A stretch of 64,000 nt of DNA, taken from an uncultured Chloroflexia bacterium (GTDB taxonomy: Bacteria; Chloroflexota; Limnocylindria; QHBO01). The position numbers were made by a program, and so were the translations under genes. Below the pieces are notes generated by a model. It was not told the origin of the DNA. It was given only the letters and a program-made list of their open reading frames with translations, and did not search any database. Below are positions 1-9,521 of the stretch, one piece after another (the stretch's first letter is position 1; every line of letters begins with the position of its first letter). Location of the stretch: assembly GCA_963783725.1 (NCBI GenBank), contig CAWAOJ010000002.1:2153662-2217661 (forward strand), given 5' to 3'.

Positions 1-11
1 ACGCGCCCGAC

Positions 12-545
12 GTGATCCGCTCCGAGCGCCTCGATCTGCCGCTGCTGAGCCCGTCGCAGCTGCGTGCGCTGGCCGGCGGCGATCCCGAGGAGGTCGCGCG
101 GGAGCTCGACGCCACGCTGCCGGCCGACTGGGTCCGGGACGTCAGGTGGCTGGCGGAGATGCGCCTCGGACAGGTCACCGAGCATCCGGACCACGCGCCG
201 TGGCTTCTGCGCGCCATCGTGCTGCGTGAACCGGCGCGCGTCGCGATCGGGCACCTGAACTTCCACGCCCCGCCGGACGAGTCGGGCGTGCCGGAGATCG
301 GCTACTCGCTGCAGCCGGAGCACCGCATGCGTGGCTACGCCATCGAGGCCGTGACGGCGGCGTTCGACTGGGCGCACCGCGAGCACGGCGTCCGTCGCTT
401 CCGCGCCTCCACGGCACCCGACAACGAGCGCTCGCAGAAGCTGCTGGCCAGGCTGGGCTTCGTGCGCACCGGCGAGCAGTGGGACGAGCGCGACGGCCTG
501 GAATGGGTCTACGAGACTCCCGACGGCGGCCGATGGAGCAGCTGA
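12..545 (+). CDS. GNAT family N-acetyltransferase (RimJ/RimL-like)
   Basis: N-terminal 'IRSERLDL', 'EIGYSLQPEHRMRGYA' acetyl-CoA motif, 'DNERSQKLLARLGF'. Confidence 0.9.
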   Translation: MIRSERLDLPLLSPSQLRALAGGDPEEVARELDATLPADWVRDVRWLAEMRLGQVTEHPDHAPWLLRAIVLREPARVAIGHLNFHAPPDESGVPEIGYSLQPEHRMRGYAIEAVTAAFDWAHREHGVRRFRASTAPDNERSQKLLARLGFVRTGEQWDERDGLEWVYETPDGGRWSS

Positions 546-612
546 GCCTCGTCACATTTCGCGCATAGTCGTTGACCTCCGGCACGTCGCGGATGCATTG
601 TTGGATGAACCG

Positions 613-1550
613 ATGACCGCGCGACTGACGCTCGCCGATGTGGGGGGCCTGCGCGTCGGACATGCGACCGACGAGGTCGGCATGACCGGTTGCACGGTGG
701 TGCTCGCCCTGGACGGCGCCGTCGCCGGGGTGGACGTGCGCGGATCGGCTCCGGGGACGCGCGAGACCGACCTGCTGCGGACGACGGCGCTCGTCGAACG
801 CGTGCACGCCATCTGCCTGGCGCGGCGGCTCGGCCTTCGGCCTGGCCGCAGCGGACGGCGTGATGCAGTGGCTCGCCGCGCGGGACGTGGGCGTCGAGAC
901 GCGGGGCGCGGCGCGTCCCGATCGTGCCGTCGGCGGTCCTCTTCGATCTCTTCGTCGGCTCTCCCACCGCCGCTCCCGACGCCGGCGTCGGGACGCGCGG
1001 CCTGCGACGACGCGATGGCCGCCGGACCGATGGTGGAGGGCAGCGTCGGAGCGGGCACCGGCGCGACGGTCGGGAAGCTGGCGGGCCCGGATCGCGCCTC
1101 GAAGGGCGGGGTCGGCAGCGCCGCGGTTCGGCTCGAGGACGGGACGATCGTCGCGGCGCTCGCAGTCACCAATGCGCTCGGCAACGTCGTCGGCCGCGAC
1201 GGCCGAACGATCGCGGGGGTGCGTGAACGGAAGGAGGGTTTATCGAGCCGGCGCGAGTTCCTTCGGCCTCGCCACGCCGCCCGAGTGGCGGGATCCGGCG
1301 GCAACACGACGCTGGCCGTCGTCGCGACCGATGCGGCGCTCGACCGGGCCGGCTGCCGGAAGCTGGCGGAGCTCGGCCACGATGCTCTCGCCATCGCCAT
1401 ACGGCCGGTGCACACCATGCTCGACGGAGACACGGTGTTCGCGCTCGAGCACCGGCAGCGGGCCGGTGCGCGGCGGCGACGGACCTGCTGCCGCTCGGCG
1501 CGGCGGCGGTCGAGGCGCTGGTGCAGGCGATCGAGCGGAGCGTCAGCTAG
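613..1550 (+). CDS. P1/S58 family peptidase (DmpA-like); frameshifts near 825, 920 and 1450-1480
   Basis: 'GLRVGHATD', 'TGCTVV', 'DVRGSAPGTRETDLL', 'GSVGAGTGA', 'KGGVGS', 'GNTT' autocleavage region, 'HTMLDGDTVF'; the C-terminus 'LGAAAVEALVQAIERSVS*' is in another frame ending at 1550. Confidence 0.85.
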
Positions 1551-2428
1551 GCCGAGTCGGCCTCAAAGGCTTCGAGTTCGTCGGCCGGCATGGAGTACGT
1601 GTGCCGGTCCTCGGGATAGCCCCCCGAACGCACCTCCGCCGCATAGGCCGTCAGCGCCTCGCGTATCACGCCCGCCACATCGGCGTACCGCTTCACGAAG
1701 CGCGCGGTGTGCCCCTCGGTCAGGCCGAGCAGGTCGTGGTAGACGAGGACCTGGCCGTCGCATTGCGCGCCAGCCCCGATGCCAATGGTCGGAATAGCGA
1801 GCGTGCTGCTGATCCGTGCCGCGACGCGGGCCGGGACCGCCTCCAACACGATCGAGAAGCAACCCGCCTCCTCCAATGCCTTGGCATCTGCCAGCAGCCG
1901 CGAAGCGGCGGCATGCGTCCGGCCCTGCGCTCGGTAGCCGCCGAGCGCCGTTGCCGACTGGGGCGTGAGACCGATGTGGCCCATGACGGGAATCCCCGAT
2001 TCGACGATTGCTGCGACGCGCGAGAGCATCCTGCCTGCGCCTTCAAGCTTCACCGCATCGGCCCCTGCTTCCTTGACGAAGCGGACCGAATTGCGCACCG
2101 CATCATCGTCCGAAACCTGATAGGCGCCGAAGGGGAGGTCTCCGATAACGATCGGCTGCCGAACCGCGCGCGCCACCGCGCGCGTCATGAAGATCATCTC
2201 GTCCATGCTCACCGGGACGGTGCCCTCGTAACCGAGGACGACCATCGCTGCCGAGTCGCCGACCAGGATTACATCGATCCCGGCGGCCTCGGCCAATCGC
2301 GCACCGGGCGCATCGTACGCGGTGACCATGACGATCCGGTCGCCACGCCGCTTCATCTCCAGCAACTCCGGAATTGGCAGCTTCGCGGCCACGCGCGCCT
2401 GCGACGCTGCTGTATGGCTCGTCGTCAC
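1547..2428 (-). CDS. panB: 3-methyl-2-oxobutanoate hydroxymethyltransferase
   Basis: 'MVTAYDA', 'ILVGDSA', 'DLPFGAY', 'AVKLEG', 'GHIGLTPQS', 'TIGIGAG..CDGQVLV'. Confidence 0.97.
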   Translation of the reverse strand: MTTSHTAASQARVAAKLPIPELLEMKRRGDRIVMVTAYDAPGARLAEAAGIDVILVGDSAAMVVLGYEGTVPVSMDEMIFMTRAVARAVRQPIVIGDLPFGAYQVSDDDAVRNSVRFVKEAGADAVKLEGAGRMLSRVAAIVESGIPVMGHIGLTPQSATALGGYRAQGRTHAAASRLLADAKALEEAGCFSIVLEAVPARVAARISSTLAIPTIGIGAGAQCDGQVLVYHDLLGLTEGHTARFVKRYADVAGVIREALTAYAAEVRSGGYPEDRHTYSMPADELEAFEADSA

Positions 2429-3240
2429 GGGGTTTCGGTCTCCTCAGCGATCAGGGACACATTGTCTATCAGCCGCGTGCCTGCCACATCGATCGCCGCC
2501 GCGAGCGTGGGGACGTCGAGGTCGACAACGACGAGGTAATCGACCGCCACGCCGGCAAGCAGCCGCTGTGCCGCAGCGATCGGGTCGGCGCCCCGCCGCC
2601 ACGCTTCGCGGCCAGCCGCAAGTGCGCGCGGCAACGCCAGTGCCTGCCGCCGCTCCACCTCGCCGAGGTACACGTTGCGCGACGATAGTGCCAGCCCGTC
2701 GGCATCGCGCACGGTGGGCAGCACGCGGAGGCGGATGGGGAGGTTCAGGTCGATGAGCATGCGGCGGACGACCTCGGCCTGCTGCGCGTCCTTCCGCCCG
2801 AAGTACACGCGATCCGGTGCGACCAGGTTGAACAACTTGAGGCAGACTGTCGCGACGCCTCGGAAGTGTCCCGGGCGGACCGCGCCTTCGAGTACGGCCC
2901 CGAGCTGCTCCACCTCGACCCACGTCTCGTAGCGCGGCGGATACATCTCCTCGGCGGTCGGCACGAACAGCACGTCGACTCCCGAGGCTTCCGCGATGCG
3001 CGCGTCCTCCTCTTCGTTGCGGGGGTAACGCCCGAGGTCCTCGTCGGCGCCGAACTGTGCAGGATTCACGAAGACACTCGCGACGACGATCCGACATTCG
3101 GCCCTCGCGGCCGCGATGAGGGAGAGATGGCCCGCGTGCAGCGCGCCCATCGTCGGGACGAGACCGACCTCCCCGCGCGCGCTGGCGCGGAGCACAGCGA
3201 GCCCTGAGCGCAACCCGTTGATCGTCCGCTCGATCCTCAT
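2425..3240 (-). CDS. panC: pantoate--beta-alanine ligase
   Basis: 'VPTMGALHAGHLSL', 'SVFVNPAQF', 'RPGHFRGV', 'FGRKDAQQ', 'DGLALSSRN', 'RLIDN'. Confidence 0.97.
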   Translation of the reverse strand: MRIERTINGLRSGLAVLRASARGEVGLVPTMGALHAGHLSLIAAARAECRIVVASVFVNPAQFGADEDLGRYPRNEEEDARIAEASGVDVLFVPTAEEMYPPRYETWVEVEQLGAVLEGAVRPGHFRGVATVCLKLFNLVAPDRVYFGRKDAQQAEVVRRMLIDLNLPIRLRVLPTVRDADGLALSSRNVYLGEVERRQALALPRALAAGREAWRRGADPIAAAQRLLAGVAVDYLVVVDLDVPTLAAAIDVAGTRLIDNVSLIAEETETP

Positions 3241-3908
3241 TGCCTGGTGGCGTCCGCCAGGGTGCGGTACAGGGACTCCAGCTCCGGCGCGCGCTCATGG
3301 AGGGCGGCGATGTGAGCATCCACCGTCGACCAGTCGCCCCGCGCGATGGGGCCGGTCAGCTCAAAGCCGTCCTCGATGGTGTGGCGCATCAACGGCACCA
3401 AGCCCTGCGGCGGCGCGCCCACCTGCTCGAACAGTGATGCCGCGCTGCGGTACAGGGTCACCAGGAAGTTGCTGGCGATGACCGCCGCAGCGTGGTAGAG
3501 CGCCCGGTCGTCGTCCGCCAGCGAGAACGGGGTCACACCGAGCAGCTCGGCGAGGTCGGTGGCGGCGGAGCGAGCCTCGTCGGTTTCCACCGTACGCGCA
3601 GCCCACACACCGTCGAGCTGCTCCGGTCCGCCCCCGCTGGCGAAGGTCTGCAGGGGATGGAGGCTGAACCGTCGACGGTGCGGGTCGAGCGCGCGCAGCG
3701 GCGTCGCGCCGCTGACATGGGCGATCCAGGGGCCGACGGGCACGCTCTGGGCGACCGCCGCGATCGCCGTATCGGGCACGCAGAACAGGACGAGATGCGC
3801 CTCTTGCGGCGACCGGCCAACGGTGACGCTTACGCCCCGCTCCCGCAGACGCGCGGCGATCGGTCTTCCCGCCCGCCCTTGGCCAATGACGTGCACCGAC
3901 TGGATCAT
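3237..3908 (-). CDS. Rossmann-like + DUF2520 oxidoreductase (PanG-type ketopantoate reductase candidate)
   Basis: 'VIGQGRAG', 'HVSGAT', 'SLHPLQTF', 'YHAAAVIASN', 'LTGPIARGD'; overlaps panC by 4 bp; ATG at 3908. Confidence 0.88.
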   Translation of the reverse strand: MIQSVHVIGQGRAGRPIAARLRERGVSVTVGRSPQEAHLVLFCVPDTAIAAVAQSVPVGPWIAHVSGATPLRALDPHRRRFSLHPLQTFASGGGPEQLDGVWAARTVETDEARSAATDLAELLGVTPFSLADDDRALYHAAAVIASNFLVTLYRSAASLFEQVGAPPQGLVPLMRHTIEDGFELTGPIARGDWSTVDAHIAALHERAPELESLYRTLADATRQ

Positions 3909-4192
3909 GGTGGCGAGTCTAGCGTCGCTCGGGTCGCCGCTGACACCGCAGGGCAGTGTTGCGGAACGGCCTTTTGTATCAACCCGACGTCGCGTTGGCT
4001 CTGGGTTGGCGGCACTCGCTATCGCGAGCATTGTGGGTGCGACGATGATTGGCTTGGTGGCGGTCGTGCTCGTGATACCGGCGCGCCGCGATTGCATGGA
4101 TGTGGTGTGCCCTGGACGCCCGCCTTCGACCTCGCCGCCGGCGTCGCCGATTACGCGGAGCGGTATCGCGCGTTCCGACTGGAGGAGCATGA

Positions 4193-5645
4193 GTGATGAA
4201 GACAGAGACGATGGTGCCGCTGTGGATCGCGGGCGAGGAGGTGGCCTCCGGCGGCGGCGGGACGTTCGAGAGCCGGGATCCCGCCAGCGGTGAAGTGCTC
4301 GCCACCCTGGCCGCCGCGGGGGGCGAGGAGGTCGATCGGGCGGTGACGGCGGCCCGCGACGCCGTCGCGCAGGGTGGCGAATGGGAGGTCCCGGCCAATC
4401 GGGTCCGGGTCCTGAACGCCGTCGCCGTCGCGATCCGCGAACGAGCCGACGAGCTGGCCGCCCTGGAGTCGAGCGACACCGGAAAGCCGATCTCGCAGGC
4501 GCGCGCGGATGTCGCTGCGTGTGCGCGCTACTTCGAGTTCTATGCGGGCGCCGCGGACAAGCTCGACGGCCGTTCGATCCCGCTCGGCCCCGGGTTCGTG
4601 GACTACACGGTTCGCGAGCCGTGGGGCGTGTGCGCCATCGTGATCCCGTGGAACTATCCGCTGCAGATCGCGGGTCGCTGCGTCGGCCGCGGCGCTGGCG
4701 GCCGGAAACGCCGTCGTGCTCAAGCCGGCGCGCGAGGCGCCGCTCACATCGGTCGAGATCGCCCGCATCTGCGCGCGGGCCGGGCTGCCGAGCGGCTGGC
4801 TCAGCGTCCTCAACGGCTCGGGCGAGACGGTCGGCATGCCGCTGGTCACGCACCCGCTGGTCGACCACGTCAGCTTCACCGGCTCGGCCGAGGTCGGCGC
4901 GGTGATCGGCGAGGCGTGCGCGCGGCTGATCCGGCCGGCGGTGATGGAGCTGGGCGGCAAGAGCCCGAACGTCGTCTTCGCCGACGCCGACCTCGATCGC
5001 GCACTGCCCTTCATCATCCGCGCCATCGTCCAGAACGCCGGCCAGACCTGCTCCGCCGGCGCGCGGCTGCTGGTCGAGCGTCCGATCCACGCGCGGCTGA
5101 TCGAGATGGTCGCGGAGCGGATGCGAGCGCTCCGCATCGGTCCGGGACGCGACGACCCCGACCTGGGGCCGCTCATCAGCGAGCAGCAGCGCGCCGGGGT
5201 GCTGAGCAGGGCGGACGAGGCCCTGACCGCCGGGGCGCGGCTCGTGACCGGCGGGCGTGCCCCCGACGACGAGCGCCTTGCCCGCGGCTGGTTCCTGGAG
5301 CCGACGCTCTTCGACGACGTCGACCCCTCGCTCGGCATCGCCAGGGAGGAGGTCTTCGGCCCGGTCCTGGTCGCCACGCCGTTCGACGGCGAGGACGAGG
5401 CGGTCGCGCTGGCCAACGCCACGGACTACGGGCTCGTCGCCGCCATCTGGACCAACGACCTGGGACGCGCGCATCGGGTTGCGCGGCGCATCCGCTCCGG
5501 ACAGGTGTTCGTGAACACCTACGGCGCGGGAGGCGGGATCGAGCTGCCCTTCGGCGGCTACCGGCGCAGCGGGCACGGCCGCGGCAAGGGGCTCGAGGGA
5601 ATCTGGGAGTACACCCAGGTCAAGAACGTCTGCGTGGCGCTGTAG
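4193..5645 (+). CDS. NAD(P)-dependent aldehyde dehydrogenase; frameshift near 4685
   Basis: 'IIPWNYP'-type motif, 'SFTGS', 'ELGGKSP', catalytic 'NAGQTCSA', 'EEVFGPV', 'PFGGYRRSG'. Confidence 0.93.
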
Positions 5646-5646
5646 C

Positions 5647-6720
5647 GTGCGACGCCTGCGCGTCGCGGTCGTTCCCGGCGACGGCATCGGTCCGGAGGTG
5701 GTGGACGCCACCCTTCCTGCGCTGACCGATGCGGCCGCGCGGCATGACGTGCGCGTCGAGGCCGAACGCTTCGACTGGGGCGCGGGTCGGACGCTGCGCG
5801 GGGGAGGCGCCATGCCGGCCGACGGCCTGCAGATCGTCCGCGGCTTCGATGCCGTCCTCTTCGGTGCGGTCGGCCGGCCCGACGTGGCCGATCACCTCTC
5901 GATCTGGGGCCTGATCCTCGCCCTGCGCCAGGGGCTCGACCTGTACCTGAACCTGCGGCCGGTGAAGCCGTGGCCCGGGATCCCGAGCGTGGTGCGCGAC
6001 GTGGCGGACGTCGACTTCCTCATCGTCCGCGAGAACTCGGAGGGCGAGTACGTGGGCATCGGCGGACGCGCCCACGCAGGGACGCCGGCGGAGACCGCGA
6101 TCGAGACGGCGGTCCACTCGCGCTTCGCGATCGAGCGCGTCGCGCGCTACGCCTTCGAGGCGGCGCGCTCGCGGGGCCGGGCGCTGCAGGCAGTCGGGAA
6201 GGCGAATGCCCTCCGCCACGGCTACGTGCTGTGGGACGAGGTGGTCGACGGGCTGCGAGAGGAGTACGCCGACGTCGCCATCGAGCGCGTCCTGGTGGAC
6301 GCCATGGCGGCGCGCATCGTCGAACGTCCGCGGTCGCTGTCGGTGGTGCTGGCCAGCAACCTGTTCGGCGACATCCTGTCCGATCTGGCGGCGGTGCTCG
6401 CCGGCGGCCTCGGCATGGTGCCGAGCGCCAACGTCGGGACCGGGGGCGACGCGCCGGGCGTGTTCGAGCCGGTGCACGGGTCGGCGCCTGACATCGCGGG
6501 GACCGGTCGGGCGAACCCGGTCGGCTGCCTCCTGTCCGCCGCGCTGCTGCTCGAGCACACCGGCCAGCCCGAGGCGGGCGAGACGCTGCGCCGCGCGGTG
6601 CGCACCGCGGTCGTCGACCACGGGGCGAGGACGCCGGACATCGGCGGGTCGTCCTCGACGCGCGACGTTGGGGAGGCCGTGCGGCGGGTACTGGCCGAGG
6701 AGCCGCTCAGTCGCGAGTGA
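5647..6720 (+). CDS. isocitrate/isopropylmalate/tartrate dehydrogenase family protein
   Basis: 'PGDGIGPEV', 'VRENSEGEY', 'NLFGDILSDL', 'FEPVHGSAPDIAG'. Confidence 0.92.
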   Translation: MRRLRVAVVPGDGIGPEVVDATLPALTDAAARHDVRVEAERFDWGAGRTLRGGGAMPADGLQIVRGFDAVLFGAVGRPDVADHLSIWGLILALRQGLDLYLNLRPVKPWPGIPSVVRDVADVDFLIVRENSEGEYVGIGGRAHAGTPAETAIETAVHSRFAIERVARYAFEAARSRGRALQAVGKANALRHGYVLWDEVVDGLREEYADVAIERVLVDAMAARIVERPRSLSVVLASNLFGDILSDLAAVLAGGLGMVPSANVGTGGDAPGVFEPVHGSAPDIAGTGRANPVGCLLSAALLLEHTGQPEAGETLRRAVRTAVVDHGARTPDIGGSSSTRDVGEAVRRVLAEEPLSRE

Positions 6721-7198
6721 CGGACAGGACGAGGAACGGCGGGGCGCCGCCCGACGTCAGGCGCGCGGTGATGGTGCCGCTCGTCCGTCGCTTGTCGACC
6801 CGAGCGGCGCCGTCCCACGTCGCGGCCGTCTCGAGCAGCAGGTCGGCACCGATCGTCTGATCGGTGTTGAGCAGGCGCGGGAGGTAGGGGAGATACGGCG
6901 CCGCCACCTCATCGATCCTGGCGGGCGCATCGGCCGGCACGCTGAGCACCACCTGCACCACCGGCACGCCGACGAGGTCCAGCTGAACGCCGTTCCGCGC
7001 GGTGCCGAGCACGTGATGCGGACCCGCCGAGCGGAAGGTCATTCCGAGGCGCTGGCTCAGCTCCGACTTCACCGATTCGGCGACGGGGTCCACCGCGTGG
7101 CCCGATGGATGGCTGACCGATGGCGAAGACACGCCGGTTGAGCAGGCCGTCAGGAGCAGGAGGATCGGAAGGAGAAGGTGGCCGCGGCGGTTCGGCAT
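6707..7198 (-). CDS. hypothetical lipoprotein
   Basis: Basic N-terminus, hydrophobic stretch, lipobox 'LTAC'; -10-like TATCCT 7 nt upstream of the ATG. Confidence 0.7.
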   Translation of the reverse strand: MPNRRGHLLLPILLLLTACSTGVSSPSVSHPSGHAVDPVAESVKSELSQRLGMTFRSAGPHHVLGTARNGVQLDLVGVPVVQVVLSVPADAPARIDEVAAPYLPYLPRLLNTDQTIGADLLLETAATWDGAARVDKRRTSGTITARLTSGGAPPFLVLSVTRD

Positions 7199-7270
7199 GG
7201 GGCCGAGGATAGACCGCCGGCGAGAGTGGACCGGCCCGGCGCGCCGCTCGCGCCGAACCGGTCCCCCAGC

Positions 7271-7672
7271 TCAATGCTGGAGCGCCGCGAAGTACAGGGC
7301 ACCCACCTGGGCGCCGTACAGGTCGGCCAGGTGATCGAGGCCCTTGCCGTCGGCAAGGTTCGGGTTCGAGGAGTTCTCGCCGATCGTCTTGTTGCTGCGC
7401 GTGACCCACGACAGCGGCAGGTCGCCACGGTTCGCCACGGCCCAGGCGATCTGGTCCGGCGTGAGCGCCGGCAGGCTCGGGTCGATCTCCTGGTTGATGA
7501 AGCCCAGGATGTCGGCCAGGGTGAGCACCATCCAGCGCGACGAGTGGGTCGCGCCGGCATCGCCCTGGGCGGACCTGCTCGAGATCACGCACTCGTGAGC
7601 GGCGACTGCGCCGACGCTGGCGACCGCGAGCACCGCGGAAAGAAGGGACGCGCCGAGGAGCCGTTTGAGCAT
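7271..7672 (-). CDS. hypothetical secreted protein
   Basis: GGAGG RBS before the ATG at 7672; Sec signal peptide 'MLKRLLGASLLSAVLAVASVGAVAA'; mature part starts 'HEC'. Confidence 0.75.
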   Translation of the reverse strand: MLKRLLGASLLSAVLAVASVGAVAAHECVISSRSAQGDAGATHSSRWMVLTLADILGFINQEIDPSLPALTPDQIAWAVANRGDLPLSWVTRSNKTIGENSSNPNLADGKGLDHLADLYGAQVGALYFAALQH

Positions 7673-7754
7673 AGAGGTACCTCCATTGGGGGCCGGGTGG
7701 CGCGACATTATTCACCCCGCTCGCGGTGCGTGGTGGCACCAGCCGCACGTCAGC

Positions 7755-8144
7755 TCAGCGGACGCCCTCGGCGAAGGTGACCTCCACCAGTGGTGCGGCG
7801 GCGACCATCAGCTCCAGGTCGTAGCCCCAGCCGGCGGCGATGGTTGCCAGCACCTCGCGCCGCTCCGCGCGCTCGGTGACCGGTCGCGCCGTGGCGGGCA
7901 GATCGGCGACCACTGGCCCCTTGAGGTGAAAGACGAAGTGCGGATCGGCGAGCAGGTTCGCGTACCAGCCGCGCCGGCCGGGCCGGCCGCTGATCCAGAC
8001 CCGGTCGTCGACGACGTGGAAGACGAGCTCCACCCGCCGCGGCTGCCCGGTGAGACGGCCGCGGGTGGTGATGTCGATCAGCCCGCCGGAGCGCAGCGCG
8101 CGCGCCACCTCCACGTCGAGCACGCGGCGGATCTCGACCGTCAC
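7755..8144 (-). CDS. deazaflavin (F420)-dependent nitroreductase/DUF385-like split-barrel protein
   Basis: 'IDITTRGRLTGQPRRVEL', 'WYANLLADP'. Confidence 0.82.
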   Translation of the reverse strand: MTVEIRRVLDVEVARALRSGGLIDITTRGRLTGQPRRVELVFHVVDDRVWISGRPGRRGWYANLLADPHFVFHLKGPVVADLPATARPVTERAERREVLATIAAGWGYDLELMVAAAPLVEVTFAEGVR

Positions 8145-9022
8145 GCCGGCACCTCCACCCTGCGCTCCTCGTCGCCGCGCAGGAGGGTCAGCTCCAGCGG
8201 AGCGTCCGCGGCGGTGCTCGACAGGACGTCGAACAGCTCATCCGCGTTGGCGACATCGCGACCGCCCGCGGCCACGATCAGGTCGCCCTGCGCGATCCCC
8301 GCGCGCGACGCCGGCGAGTCCGCCTCGACCTCGCGCACCAGCAGGCCGTCTCGCTCCGAGAGGCCCACCGCGCGCCGCAGGCGGCGGGCCACGTGCGCCG
8401 GCGCCAGCGCCACGCCAAGGCGGCGCCTGGCGGGCGCCTCGCCGCGGCCCAGCGCGTCGGCGCGCGCACGGAGGGCGTCGTCGGCGGGCATGGCGAGATA
8501 GAAGCCGTCGCCCAGCCGGTTGGTGTTGATGCCGATCAGCTCGCCGGCCAGGTTGACCAGCGGGCCCCCGCTGGAGCCGGGCATCAGCGGCGCCGTGTGC
8601 TCCACGCCACCACCGATGCGGCGTCCCCGCGGGCCGCGGAACGAGCGGCCGACGCCGGAGACGAAGCCGACCGTCACCCGGGCGCCGCGCCCGGCGGGGT
8701 TGCCGACAGCGACGACCGGCGTGCCGATCGCGACGTCAGCGGTGCCCCACCCCAGCGGCGCGGTGCCCTCGGTGGGGACCGAGAGGACCGCGAGGTCGCT
8801 GTCCGCGTCGACGCCGAGGATGGTGGCGTCAGCCTCGCGTCCGTCGGCGAAGTAGACCCGCACCTCGTCGCCGTGCAGGTTGTGGGCGTTGGTCACCACG
8901 CGTCCGTCGCCGATCACGACGCCCGATCCGCCGCGCCATCGGTTGCCGATCCCGACGGTGGCGGGGGTCACCGTGGCGGCCACCTCCGCGATGGAAGTTC
9001 CGAAGTCCTGAAGCCCGCTCAT
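8141..9022 (-). CDS. trypsin-like serine protease (S1C/HtrA-like) with PDZ domain, no signal peptide
   Basis: 'GSGVV', 'VTNAH', 'DSDLAVL', 'PGSSGGPL', C-terminal PDZ 'SPASRAGIAQGDLI'. Confidence 0.9.
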   Translation of the reverse strand: MSGLQDFGTSIAEVAATVTPATVGIGNRWRGGSGVVIGDGRVVTNAHNLHGDEVRVYFADGREADATILGVDADSDLAVLSVPTEGTAPLGWGTADVAIGTPVVAVGNPAGRGARVTVGFVSGVGRSFRGPRGRRIGGGVEHTAPLMPGSSGGPLVNLAGELIGINTNRLGDGFYLAMPADDALRARADALGRGEAPARRRLGVALAPAHVARRLRRAVGLSERDGLLVREVEADSPASRAGIAQGDLIVAAGGRDVANADELFDVLSSTAADAPLELTLLRGDEERRVEVPA

Positions 9023-9037
9023 CGGTCTCTCCTATCC

Positions 9038-9058
9038 TAACTTGCAAGTTGCAAGTTA
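9038..9058. promoter_or_regulatory. perfect 10-1-10 inverted repeat, probable HxlR-family operator
   Basis: TAACTTGCAA-G-TTGCAAGTTA; AT-rich, between the divergent protease and regulator genes. Confidence 0.75.
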
Positions 9059-9104
9059 CATCCGCGAACGAGGGCGGTCAAGACCGATGGCGTACGATCA
9101 GCGC

Positions 9105-9521
9105 ATGGCCGACACGACGCCGCTCGCCGCAGCGCTGGAACGCGTCGGCGACCGATGGAGCCTGCTCGTGGTCGAGGCGCTGCTCAGCGGGCCGCGTCGC
9201 TTCAACGAGCTGACCGAGGCGGTCGACGGCATCGCGCCGAACATCCTCTCGGACCGCCTGAAGCGGCTGGAGTCGGAGCGCGTCGTTCGCGCGCAGCCGT
9301 ACAGCGAGCGGCCGCTGCGACTCGCATACGAGCTGACCGCCGAGGGAGACGAGCTCGCCGGCGCGCTGCGGCTGCTGGCCGACTGGGGGTCTCGCGGCGC
9401 GCGCGAGGCGGAGCCGCTGCACCATTCGGTGTGTGGCACCCCGGTCGAGGCCCGCTGGTTCTGTCCGACCTGCGACCGCCCGGTCGAGGTCACCGAAGCC
9501 GCCGAGCTGCGCCGCCTGTAG
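9105..9521 (+). CDS. HxlR family winged-helix transcriptional regulator
   Basis: 'ALERVGDRWSLLVV', 'RRFNEL', 'ILSDRLKRL', 'YELTAEG'; C-terminal HxxC...CxxC; TACGAT 6 nt before the ATG. Confidence 0.9.
   Translation: MADTTPLAAALERVGDRWSLLVVEALLSGPRRFNELTEAVDGIAPNILSDRLKRLESERVVRAQPYSERPLRLAYELTAEGDELAGALRLLADWGSRGAREAEPLHHSVCGTPVEARWFCPTCDRPVEVTEAAELRRL

Noticed and set aside
3237..5813. 858-aa ORF as one protein
   Set aside because: Only 3908-3237 is a real gene; the rest is the antisense of the ALDH.
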